Virus record (IMG/VR): IMGVR_UViG_2847680403_000002
Location: 2,885-66,884 of that record
Source of the DNA: a virus
Taxonomy: Duplodnaviria; Caudoviricetes
DNA: 64,000 nt
Reading direction: 5' to 3' (one strand)
The notes beneath the pieces were generated by a model, which saw only the letters and a program-made list of their open reading frames with translations, made no database searches and was not told the origin of the DNA. How positions within the stretch are numbered: position 1 is the first letter of the stretch; every line of letters begins with the position of its first letter. This document shows, piece by piece, positions 35,272 through 43,931 of the stretch. Position numbers and translations under genes: made by a program.

Positions 35272-36312
35272 ATGCTCAAACGCTTATCACCTCGCGAGCG
35301 CTTCGAACAGCTTGTCGCGACATGGGAGCCGCTGCTTCGCGCCGCGTTCATTGAGGCGATCGACGACATTCGGTCGAACATCGTCTTGCGACGGATTGTA
35401 GAGCGGCTGGAACGCGCTGACATTGCCGGTGCAATCCGAGCCCTCAACCTCGAGGAGGCGGCATTCCGGCCGCTGGAAGAGGCCATCCGGCAGGCATTCA
35501 ACGGTGGTGGCATTGCTGCGGTCGAGCAGATGCCTCAACTGCGTGAGCCCGATGGGCATCAGGTCGTAGTACGCTGGGATGCTCGCAACCTGGCAGCCGA
35601 GAATTGGCTGCGTGAGCACAGCGCCACGCTGGTCACGAACATCGTCGAGGATCAAAAGGTTGCGATCCTATCCGCTTTGGAGGAGGGGCTGTCCCGCGGC
35701 GATAACCCAACCAAGACAGCGCTGCAGGTCGTCGGACGGGTCAACCGGGTCACAGGGAAGCGCGAGGGCGGCGTGATCGGGCTCACCACAGCCCAAGCGG
35801 AGTATGTCGCCACAGCCCGACAGGAACTGTCCCTCGGTGAGCCCGATCAGCTGAGAAACTACCTATCGAGGAACCGCAGGGACAAGAGGTACGATCGCAC
35901 TATCCTTGCGGCAATGAAGACGGGCGAGCCGCTGCCGACCGAGACCATCGATCGGATCACATCGAGGTACGCTGACGGGCTGTTGAAGCTTCGCGCCGAC
36001 ACGATCGCGTTGCATGAGACATTCGAAGCTCTGAACACCTCCAAAGAGATCGCGTTCCGCCAGCAGATCGACAAGGGCAGGGTGCAGGCTCAGAACGTCA
36101 CCAAGACATGGCGCCACACACCACAAGAGCATCCCCGAGCGCACCATGTGGCGATGAACGGCCAGAAAGTGCGGTTTGATCAGCCGTTCATGGCGCCGGA
36201 TGGAACCGCAATCCCATATCCACATGCTCCCGGCGTTCCGGCGCGGCATACTCTCGGATGCAAGTGCTACTGCGATTTCCGAATTGATTTCGTCGCTGAA
36301 CTGGTGCGCTGA
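35272..36312 (+). CDS. Minor head morphogenesis protein (SPP1 gp7/Mu gpF-like)
   Basis: KTWRH...RAHHVAMNGQ...YPH...GCKC. Confidence 0.8.
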   Translation: MLKRLSPRERFEQLVATWEPLLRAAFIEAIDDIRSNIVLRRIVERLERADIAGAIRALNLEEAAFRPLEEAIRQAFNGGGIAAVEQMPQLREPDGHQVVVRWDARNLAAENWLREHSATLVTNIVEDQKVAILSALEEGLSRGDNPTKTALQVVGRVNRVTGKREGGVIGLTTAQAEYVATARQELSLGEPDQLRNYLSRNRRDKRYDRTILAAMKTGEPLPTETIDRITSRYADGLLKLRADTIALHETFEALNTSKEIAFRQQIDKGRVQAQNVTKTWRHTPQEHPRAHHVAMNGQKVRFDQPFMAPDGTAIPYPHAPGVPARHTLGCKCYCDFRIDFVAELVR

Positions 36313-36485
36313 TGGCTGAAATTGAAATCGTGTCGATCGATATCGACAGTCTTGATCTGGACGAGGAAACCAAGGCGCTTTTCATCTCTTGCCTTCCAAA
36401 AGAGCCGGTCGACTGGTCGAAGATACTCACCGAGGAGAGGATAGCTGAGGCGATGATCGCCGCTGATCTGGTGAGGGTGCAGTAG
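36312..36485 (+). CDS. Small acidic hypothetical protein (57 aa)
   Basis: Below ORF-track cutoff; MAEIEIVSID...; overlaps both neighbours by 1 nt. Confidence 0.55.
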   Translation: MAEIEIVSIDIDSLDLDEETKALFISCLPKEPVDWSKILTEERIAEAMIAADLVRVQ

Positions 36486-36934
36486 TGGCCTCGTTCAGCG
36501 CGCAAGTTGGAGCATGGGCGGCCAAGGTCGACGGGGCCCTGGAGGCTGTTTTCAAGGAGAGCGCTCAGGAACTGGTCAACACCATGGATCAGCTTCTCGT
36601 GGACATGGTCTACAAGGGGCCGCCGTCTCCAAACTACAACCGAACCGGATTCCTACGGGCTTCGCTGATGGCGTCGACTACCGCGATGCCTCAACTGACG
36701 CGGGACAATCCTGGTGTACCCGTCCCGGCTGACCTTGGCGACGTGATCTTGGTAATTGCTGGCGCTGATCTGGGCGATACCATCTACCTGGGCGTCACCG
36801 CCTCCTATGGCGCGATGGTGCACTATGGCGCGAGAGGACAGGCCCCACGTCCGTGGGTCACTCTCGCCGCGCAACGCTGGACGGCAATCGTTGCGACGAA
36901 GGCCTCGGAGGTTAGATCAAGGCTTGGCTTGTAG
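36485..36934 (+). CDS. HK97 gp10-like tail completion protein
   Basis: RTGFLRAS...YGAMVHYG...APRPWV. Confidence 0.75.
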   Translation: MASFSAQVGAWAAKVDGALEAVFKESAQELVNTMDQLLVDMVYKGPPSPNYNRTGFLRASLMASTTAMPQLTRDNPGVPVPADLGDVILVIAGADLGDTIYLGVTASYGAMVHYGARGQAPRPWVTLAAQRWTAIVATKASEVRSRLGL

Positions 36935-37372
36935 CTCGGCTGCGTTTCCTCGGAGGTATTTCTCGAAATGCTCCCGTTGTGATGCTTTACCGTTGCAAAC
37001 TTTGAGCATTATCGGATTGACGAGCCTAAGCACCTTCCCGATGGTAACCTTGTCGGCCTGGTTGTTCTTCTTGTTGTGTACGTCAGCCCAAAAAATCCGT
37101 TCCCATTTCGTCGCTGAGGCTCCTAATTCGTAATATTCGATGGCGTTGATCGTCGAATTCCTGCTCGCATCTTTAAACACTGCCACCAACTTGGTTTTTC
37201 GACCCGCCGAGTTTTGAGCGAGCAATTCGAAAACTCCACTGTTGGTGTGAGGGCACTTCAGGTCGAACGGCTTGAGTTTTTCGGCGGGATCGACCCACTC
37301 CTTGGACTCTGCTCGTGCGTTGGTGCCAACGGTAGCAATGGCCACCAACAGAGCCGTGAGAATTTTTCTCAT
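36917..37372 (-). CDS. Antisense moron: secreted protein
   Basis: Signal peptide MRKILTALLVAIATVGTNARA; lower GC. Confidence 0.7.
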   Translation of the reverse strand: MRKILTALLVAIATVGTNARAESKEWVDPAEKLKPFDLKCPHTNSGVFELLAQNSAGRKTKLVAVFKDASRNSTINAIEYYELGASATKWERIFWADVHNKKNNQADKVTIGKVLRLVNPIMLKVCNGKASQREHFEKYLRGNAAELQAKP

Positions 37373-37437
37373 AATCGCATGCCCCCGAAATCCCGTCCCT
37401 AACTCGGGAAATTATCAAACCTCGTAGGTCTCACAAC

Positions 37438-37851
37438 GTGCCATCCATCGAAACATCGATCTGGCTCGCTCTGAAGGCGAGGGTGGAAGCGCTTGTGCTA
37501 TCGCCTACGCTCCCCATCGCATGGCCGAACCTGAGCTTCACCAAGCCGGCCACGGGCTATCTCCGCGTCACCCACGTCTCAAACGTCAACCGGCGGCTGT
37601 TTCTCGGATCGACGGACCCGCATCAGCGGCTTGGCCTCCTGCAGGTCGACGTATTCGGCAAGAAAAACGAGAACATAGCCGTTGCGGTTGAAGTGGCGGG
37701 TAAGGTGGCTGCGCACTTCCCAACTGATCTCCGGATGCGCTTCGGTGACGTCACAGTTCGCGTCACCACCGCGCCGACGGTTGCCCAGTCGCTCGATGAT
37801 GACACGCACGTTATGCTGCCGGTGACCGTGCCCTATGAGTGCTTCGCTTAG
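37438..37851 (+). CDS. Tail terminator protein (DUF4128-like)
   Basis: IAWPN...YLRV...GLLQVDV; precedes tail tube gene. Confidence 0.75.
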   Translation: MPSIETSIWLALKARVEALVLSPTLPIAWPNLSFTKPATGYLRVTHVSNVNRRLFLGSTDPHQRLGLLQVDVFGKKNENIAVAVEVAGKVAAHFPTDLRMRFGDVTVRVTTAPTVAQSLDDDTHVMLPVTVPYECFA

Positions 37852-38096
37852 CCTCGGGAGCGGGACTTCCACCAACAAAAGACACCCCAAATTGTCGTAA
37901 GCGCCAGAACCAAACAGGCGGCGAGTAGGACCAAACCGGTGACTGCGAGGCTGCTGCCCCACCCAATGAAGGGGGCGTTGCACTGGAAGCCGCCGAACCC
38001 GAAGGCGCAGTAGCTGCTGGTTATCTCGTCCATCCAGATCGCCCCCAGCAGGGCGACAGCAAGCAAAGACAGACTGATGGACGGGAAGCGGCGCAT
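37848..38096 (-). CDS. Antisense moron: small two-TM protein
   Basis: MRRFPSISLSLLAVALLG... Confidence 0.5.
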   Translation of the reverse strand: MRRFPSISLSLLAVALLGAIWMDEITSSYCAFGFGGFQCNAPFIGWGSSLAVTGLVLLAACLVLALTTIWGVFCWWKSRSRG

Positions 38097-38200
38097 CTCC
38101 CGCTCATAGCACCACAAAGCAGTGCCCGGCCATCAGGACGGCAACTTCACGCCTAACCGCCCTTCGGCAAGGCAATCCCACAACTTGAAAGGAGACCGCC

Positions 38201-38931
38201 ATGAGCGACTTGTTCGCCGTTGCTGGCGCGAAATTCTACATCGGCGCTGCCGCCATGGCTGCGCCTTCGACTGATGTTGCGGCGGCGGATTTTGCTGCCG
38301 TGACCTGGACTGAAGTTGTCGACTGGACCCAGTGCGGCCAGATCGGCGACACCGCTGCACTCATCACGACCCAGGTGATCAGCCGTGGCCGTGACGTGAA
38401 GCAGAAGGGCACGCGCAATGCGGGCTCGATGCAGAACGTCTTCGCGATCAACTCCAGCGATCCGGGCCAAATCGCTCTGATCGCAGCGGAAAAGACCCGC
38501 AACAACTATCCCTTCAAGATCCAGTGGGATGACGCACCGGGTGCCGTGCCGTTCGCCGCCACGATCACGATCGCGAGCCCGGGTGTCATCACCAAGGTTG
38601 CGCACGGCCTGACTGCGGTCGTGAGGTCGTTTTCTCGACCACTGGTGCCCTGCCGACCGGCCTTGTCGCCGGCACCAAGTACTACGTGAAGACGACGCCC
38701 GACGCCGACACCTTCACAGTCTCGGCGACGCTCGGCGGCGCTGCAATCGCCACTACCGGCACCCAGAGCGGCACCCATACGGTGACACCGACGCCGCTCG
38801 GCACAGTGAACTACTGGATCGGTCTCGTGATGTCGGCACAGCAGGCCGGTGGCGGCCCGAACACCGTGCGCAGCCTCAACGCCAACGTCGAGGTGAACAC
38901 CAACGTCGTGACCGTCAACCCGACCGTCTGA
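38201..38931 (+). pseudogene. Major tail tube protein with an inserted beta domain, frameshifted at ~38615-38618 (mutation or sequencing error)
   Basis: Adding one G at GCGG gives continuous HGLTAGREVVFSTTGALPTGLVAGTKYYVKTTPDADTF... joining ORFs 38201..38689 and 38686..38931. Confidence 0.75.
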
Positions 38932-38943
38932 GGATAGCCAAGC

Positions 38944-39300
38944 ATGAGCAAGAAGACACACATCGGCGCCGGTAATGTCGAGATCGAGCTCGACGGCGAA
39001 ACCTGCACGCTGAAGCCGTCGTTGCAGGCCTGTCAGGCGCTGTCACGGATGCGAGGCGGCATCAACAACACGGTGCGCGCTGTTGGCGATCTCGACTTCG
39101 ACGCGATGGTCACCGTGATCGGTCTCGGCCTCGGCCTTTCCAGCAAAGAACTCAAAGACTTGCCGGAGAGAGTTTACGAGACGGGTTTGCCTGAACTCTC
39201 TGGTCCGCTGATCCGATATCTCTCCAATGTCGCCAACGGGGGCAAGCCGTTCGACAATGGAGGGTCGGACAAAGACCAGGGAAACGCGGAGAGCCGCTGA
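38944..39300 (+). CDS. Tail assembly chaperone (gpG-like)
   Basis: Between tail tube and tape measure; slippery G-GGA-AAC near its end. Confidence 0.75.
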   Translation: MSKKTHIGAGNVEIELDGETCTLKPSLQACQALSRMRGGINNTVRAVGDLDFDAMVTVIGLGLGLSSKELKDLPERVYETGLPELSGPLIRYLSNVANGGKPFDNGGSDKDQGNAESR

Positions 39301-39530
39301 GCCCTGCGGAATACTATGACCATCTGGCCGAGATAGCGCTCGGCTGGATGGGCTGGACCGAAGAGCAGGCGCTCCGCACCGATGTGAACGCGATTGTCGT
39401 AGCCCATGACGGCCGCAAGGCGATGCTCGCTGCCATCTTCGGTGGCGGGGAAGAGGAAGACGTGCCTCCCGAGCCCGAAAAGCTTCCCGAAATGACGCCG
39501 GCTCTTTTCCGGGCAATGTTTGCGAGATGA
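39279..39530 (+). CDS. -1 frameshift extension of the tail chaperone (gpGT-like)
   Basis: -1 frame from 39279 reads GKRGEPLSPAEYYDHLAEIALGWMGWTEEQ... to 39530. Confidence 0.7.
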   Translation, partial: GKRGEPLSPAEYYDHLAEIALGWMGWTEEQALRTDVNAIVVAHDGRKAMLAAIFGGGEEEDVPPEPEKLPEMTPALFRAMFAR

Positions 39531-39533
39531 TCC

Positions 39534-42500
39534 ATGCCCATTGCTGATCTTGGCATTTCGGTACGGTCCGGTGAGGTAAAACAGGCCACAGGTGACCTCG
39601 ACCGCCTGACCTCCTCGTCGACTAAGGCGGATGCGGCTATCGAACGTCTTGGCCGCTCGTCGGCAACGGCCAATGCGGACTTCGGCAGGGTCTCGGCCGG
39701 CGTAGAGCAGGCCAATGCGGCCCTGACCCGTCTCGTAGCACTCGGCGAGCAGAGCAACGCAGCACTGTCTCGCATCGCCTCTGGCAGCGTCGTCGCTCGG
39801 GACGGACTGCGCCAGGTCGCGCGTGAGGCCGACAACACCATCACCCGCGTCCGCGCCATGAACGACAACATGGCTCAGTTCCGCCGTCAGAACTTGACCT
39901 ATCAGTTGTTCGATGTCGGGCAGATGGCAGCGCTTGGCCAGAACCCAGCGATGACGCTGATGCAGCAGGGTCCGCAGATTGCGCAGCTCTATGCCGGGCA
40001 GGGAGGTGTCAACGCTGCGCTCAGGGACGCCGGCACGCTCGCAGGCGGACTTATCACCAAGCTTTGGCCCGTCGGCATCGCGGCGGCGGCTGGTGGCCTC
40101 GCTATTCGTGGCCTGCAAAGCGACATCGAGAAGGCGACTGGCAAGACGATCGAGTTTGGCGACGCGGCGGCCGGCGCTTTCCGCGCAATCAAGGAGGATA
40201 TCACCGCCCAACTGAAGCCCGTGATCGACGACGTCTCACCTTGGTTCAGTGCGGCTTGGGATACGGTCGGCGGTGGCGCGGTAACCGCGGCGGAAACGAT
40301 CATCAACAGCTTCCACGCAGCCTATGTCGACGTCGAATATCTCTGGAGCCAATTCCCCAACATGATGGGCTCGCTCGTCACCAAAGGTCTGAACGCCATG
40401 GTTGGCGGCATCCAGACCATGATCCAGACCGGCGCGACCTACATCGATGCGTTCCTGGAGAAGATCAACGCTGCACTGGAAAAGGCGGATGCGCTGTTCC
40501 CCGGTGGTGGGTATCGGCTCGGTACGATCGGCAAGATCGACTTCGGTCCGCCACTGCCAGATCCGTATTCGGACAGCCTGAGCAAGGCCACCGAGGAGCG
40601 GAACCGGCGCGTCAACGAGATCATGACCAGCACACCGCTGCGCGACTATTACAGGACGCTGCGTGATCGTGTTGGCGGGGATTTGCACTTCAACCTGCCC
40701 ACGGGTGGCACAGGCAGTCCAATCCCGCTGCCCAACTTCCGCGGCGTCGACGACATCCCAGGTGATCAGGAATACCTGCAGGACTTCCAGAAGAAGAACG
40801 AGGTCAGGATCAGGCAGCTTGAAGACCAGAAGAATGCACTCGGCCTGACCGGTGCCGCGCTTGAGGCCTTCCGCGTCCAGCAGGAGGCAGTGAACTCGGC
40901 TCTCTCGGCCAACATCGAGTTGACGCCGGAACAGCTTGAACTGATCAAGAAGCAGGCCGCTGCCTATGGCGAGATGGCCGAGGCATTGGCGAAGGCGAAG
41001 CTGGCGAAGGATCTCGCCTTTGAGCGTGATCAACTCGGCCGTAGCGATGTCGAACAGGCGGTTGCGGCCACACTGAAGCAGTACGGACTTGGCGAAGATC
41101 TCAACGGCCCGGAAGCTGCGATCATCCGTTCCAACGAGTTGCTGAAGAAGCAGGTCGATCTCTGGAAGGATGTCCGCAAGGGCGGCATGGACGCCTATTC
41201 CGACATCTTCGACCTGGCATTCGACGGCTTCGACAACTGGCAGGAACGTCTCAGCGACATCGCCAAGGACATGGCGAAGAACATCTTCGACTTGTCGGTC
41301 AAGAACCCGTTCCTGAACGAGCAGTATGGCGCCAACCTCCCGACGATGAACCAGACCGGTGGCATTGGCGGCTTCTTCGCTACCATGCTCGGGATGACGC
41401 CGAACCCGGCCATCAATGCCCTTGGAACGCAGAGCGTTGGCGCGATGACTGTCAATGCGGCCTCGGTGGTCGTGATGGGTTCTATCGGGGTCGGCGGCGC
41501 CGATGGTGTTTTGAACCGCGTCTTCTCGCCGGCAAACAGCAATGGCCTGAAGGCGTCCGACTATGCGCCGATGTCGTTGTCAGGCATCGGTTCGCCAGGC
41601 TCGCTAGGAAGCAATGCGCCATACAACGTCGCGAACGCTACCAGCTTCATCAAGCAGTACGCCTCTGCGATCGGCATAGATCCGGATATCGCGCTCAAGG
41701 TGGCGCGGTCCGAGGGGCTTGGCGCCGGCATTTGGCAGAGCAACTACAGCAAGGGTGGTTTCCGCGAGCCTTCGTTCGGACCGTTCCAGCTTTTGAAGGG
41801 CGGGCAGGGCACCGGCTTCGGAACAGGTCTCGGCAACCGGTTCATGCAACAAACCGGCCTTGACCCGGCTGATCCGGCGAATTGGCAAAAGTCGACGGCG
41901 TTCGCGCTAGATCAGGCCAAGGCTGGCGGCTGGGGACCTTGGTATGGTGCCAAGAACCAGGGCATCACCGGCTTCATGGGGATTGATCGCAGTGCCGAGA
42001 AGGCAACTGCTGCCCTCGACAATCTGAGCACGGGCACGGTTGATGCCGGGAAGGGCCTCAATGCCTTTGGTGGCGGCATGGGCAAGCTAGGCAACGCGCT
42101 GAGCCAGTTCCCAGGAGCTCCGGGAGGCGGCGGAGGTGGTTTTCTTGGCGGCCTCGGCAAGATGCTCGGTGGCGGCCTGAACTCGCTCTTCAGCGGCACT
42201 AAAGCGTTCAGCTGGCTCTCGGCCAATCCGGGCGGATCAATCGGCCTCTTTGCCGACGGCACCGAGAATGCTCCTGCAGGTTGGGCATGGGTAGGTGAGG
42301 AAGGCCCGGAATTGCGCAAGCTTCGTGCCGGCGATGTCATCCGGTCTAATCCGCGCTCTATGGAGATGATGGCCAACGCTCGAGGCATCGGTCCATCAAA
42401 GACCGAGATGCACTTCCACAACGCTCCGCCTGTGCTTCACCAGCAGGAGGAAGATGACGGCGAAGGTGGAAAGCGCATGGACATCTGGTTTGAGCAGCAG

Positions 42501-42587
42501 ACCGCCAAGGCGACCTCGCGTCGAGGCAGTGCGGCGAACAAGGCCTTGGCTAGCATGGGCCTCACCCGGCCAATGAAGGTGCGCTGA
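39534..42587 (+). CDS. Tail tape measure protein with C-terminal lysozyme-like domain
   Basis: NLTYQLFDV...LMQQGPQIAQ lambda-type TMP motif; ARSEG...FGPFQL...GWGPWYG. Confidence 0.88.
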   Translation: MPIADLGISVRSGEVKQATGDLDRLTSSSTKADAAIERLGRSSATANADFGRVSAGVEQANAALTRLVALGEQSNAALSRIASGSVVARDGLRQVAREADNTITRVRAMNDNMAQFRRQNLTYQLFDVGQMAALGQNPAMTLMQQGPQIAQLYAGQGGVNAALRDAGTLAGGLITKLWPVGIAAAAGGLAIRGLQSDIEKATGKTIEFGDAAAGAFRAIKEDITAQLKPVIDDVSPWFSAAWDTVGGGAVTAAETIINSFHAAYVDVEYLWSQFPNMMGSLVTKGLNAMVGGIQTMIQTGATYIDAFLEKINAALEKADALFPGGGYRLGTIGKIDFGPPLPDPYSDSLSKATEERNRRVNEIMTSTPLRDYYRTLRDRVGGDLHFNLPTGGTGSPIPLPNFRGVDDIPGDQEYLQDFQKKNEVRIRQLEDQKNALGLTGAALEAFRVQQEAVNSALSANIELTPEQLELIKKQAAAYGEMAEALAKAKLAKDLAFERDQLGRSDVEQAVAATLKQYGLGEDLNGPEAAIIRSNELLKKQVDLWKDVRKGGMDAYSDIFDLAFDGFDNWQERLSDIAKDMAKNIFDLSVKNPFLNEQYGANLPTMNQTGGIGGFFATMLGMTPNPAINALGTQSVGAMTVNAASVVVMGSIGVGGADGVLNRVFSPANSNGLKASDYAPMSLSGIGSPGSLGSNAPYNVANATSFIKQYASAIGIDPDIALKVARSEGLGAGIWQSNYSKGGFREPSFGPFQLLKGGQGTGFGTGLGNRFMQQTGLDPADPANWQKSTAFALDQAKAGGWGPWYGAKNQGITGFMGIDRSAEKATAALDNLSTGTVDAGKGLNAFGGGMGKLGNALSQFPGAPGGGGGGFLGGLGKMLGGGLNSLFSGTKAFSWLSANPGGSIGLFADGTENAPAGWAWVGEEGPELRKLRAGDVIRSNPRSMEMMANARGIGPSKTEMHFHNAPPVLHQQEEDDGEGGKRMDIWFEQQTAKATSRRGSAANKALASMGLTRPMKVR

Positions 42588-43006
42588 TGGCTTTGCCTGT
42601 CTATCCTGCCGAACTGCCAATCCCCTTGCGTGACGACTATCGCATCGCGCGCGGCGAGGGGCGGTTCAATTCCAAGACCGATGCCGGTCCCGGCAACATC
42701 CGGGGTCGGTTTTCATCCGTTGTCGACAACGTCAACTTTTCAACGATGCTGGACGCCACCCAGCGCGGCCGCTTCGACTGGTTCTACACCCAGGAGACGA
42801 AGAAGGGCGCGTTTCCCTTCCTCATGGCGAACCATTCCGAAGACGCCATGTGCTGGCTCGATGAAAACGAGCAGCCGCTGCTATTTGAGGACGGAACGCC
42901 CGTGCTGCTCACCGAGACGTGGTTGGTGCAGTTCAATGGCCTGCCGAACTATCTGCCGCACGATATCTATTGGAACGTGTCGTTCACGCTGATGGTGATG
43001 CCATGA
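42587..43006 (+). CDS. Distal tail protein-like
   Basis: Follows TMP; YPAELP...DAGPG...RGRF. Confidence 0.65.
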   Translation: MALPVYPAELPIPLRDDYRIARGEGRFNSKTDAGPGNIRGRFSSVVDNVNFSTMLDATQRGRFDWFYTQETKKGAFPFLMANHSEDAMCWLDENEQPLLFEDGTPVLLTETWLVQFNGLPNYLPHDIYWNVSFTLMVMP

Positions 43007-43530
43007 GCCGCACGATATCGCTAAATGCGGCAAAGCAGATCGATGCGATGGCGACTGATGCCGTTGCGGTCTTTCTGGTCATCATCGAACACATCGACCT
43101 TGAGGCGCCGCTGCGGATCTCGTCGGACGATGCGGTGAGGCTGTCTGTGGAGCCGCTGACCTACGGCACGCTGTCGACCTATGGCTCGATCGATGGCTCG
43201 GCCAAGCCGTTTTATTTCACCGGCATGCAGGTGATCCCGCCTGACGACGAGGAAGACGTCGAGCCAACAGCAACGCTCGTCGTCGATGTGCTGGACGCGG
43301 ATATCGTCGGTCTCCTTACTTCTACGACGATCGCTGCGACGGGGCGCATAGCCATCGTTATGGCCGACACGCCAAACCTGGTCGAGATCGAAACTGTCAA
43401 TTTGACGCTGAAGAGCGCGAACGGCGACTGGGGGCAGGTGGCTCTGAAGCTGTCGATGAAAGACCTCTATGACGAGCCATATCCGGCAACGCGGATGTCG
43501 AAGGAACGCTTTCCGGGGCTGCATCGATGA
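43003..43530 (+). CDS. Tail tip protein (DUF1833-like)
   Basis: Ends EPYPATRMSKERFPGL. Confidence 0.65.
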   Translation: MSRTISLNAAKQIDAMATDAVAVFLVIIEHIDLEAPLRISSDDAVRLSVEPLTYGTLSTYGSIDGSAKPFYFTGMQVIPPDDEEDVEPTATLVVDVLDADIVGLLTSTTIAATGRIAIVMADTPNLVEIETVNLTLKSANGDWGQVALKLSMKDLYDEPYPATRMSKERFPGLHR

Positions 43531-43925
43531 ATTGGGCCGCTCCGTATGTTGGCATTCCCGATCTGGCTAAGGGCCGGTCATCGGTGGGCGCGGACTGCTG
43601 GGGGCTTGCGATGCTCGTGTATCAGGGCGTGCTCGGCATCGAATTGCCCGACTATGCCGCTGAATATCTGGACGATCGCGACCATGCCGAGATCGGTGCG
43701 ATCGCACGCCGAGAGAAGGTCGCGGCGCGCTGGCGCTTGGTCGCAAAGCCGAAGGAATTCGACCTCCTGCTGTTCTCCGTCGCTCGCCATGACAGTCATG
43801 TCGGCATCCATGTAGGGCCGGGCCAGATGCTTCACGTCGTCAAAGACGACTATTCCAAAATTGGTCGCTTCGACACCGCGCCATGGGCCGGTCGCTTCGT
43901 CGGCGCTTACCGCTGGGTCGGATAG
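43527..43925 (+). CDS. NlpC/P60 tail-tip peptidase
   Basis: GADCWGL...HVGI...MLH. Confidence 0.88.
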   Translation: MNWAAPYVGIPDLAKGRSSVGADCWGLAMLVYQGVLGIELPDYAAEYLDDRDHAEIGAIARREKVAARWRLVAKPKEFDLLLFSVARHDSHVGIHVGPGQMLHVVKDDYSKIGRFDTAPWAGRFVGAYRWVG

Positions 43926-43931
43926 GAATTC

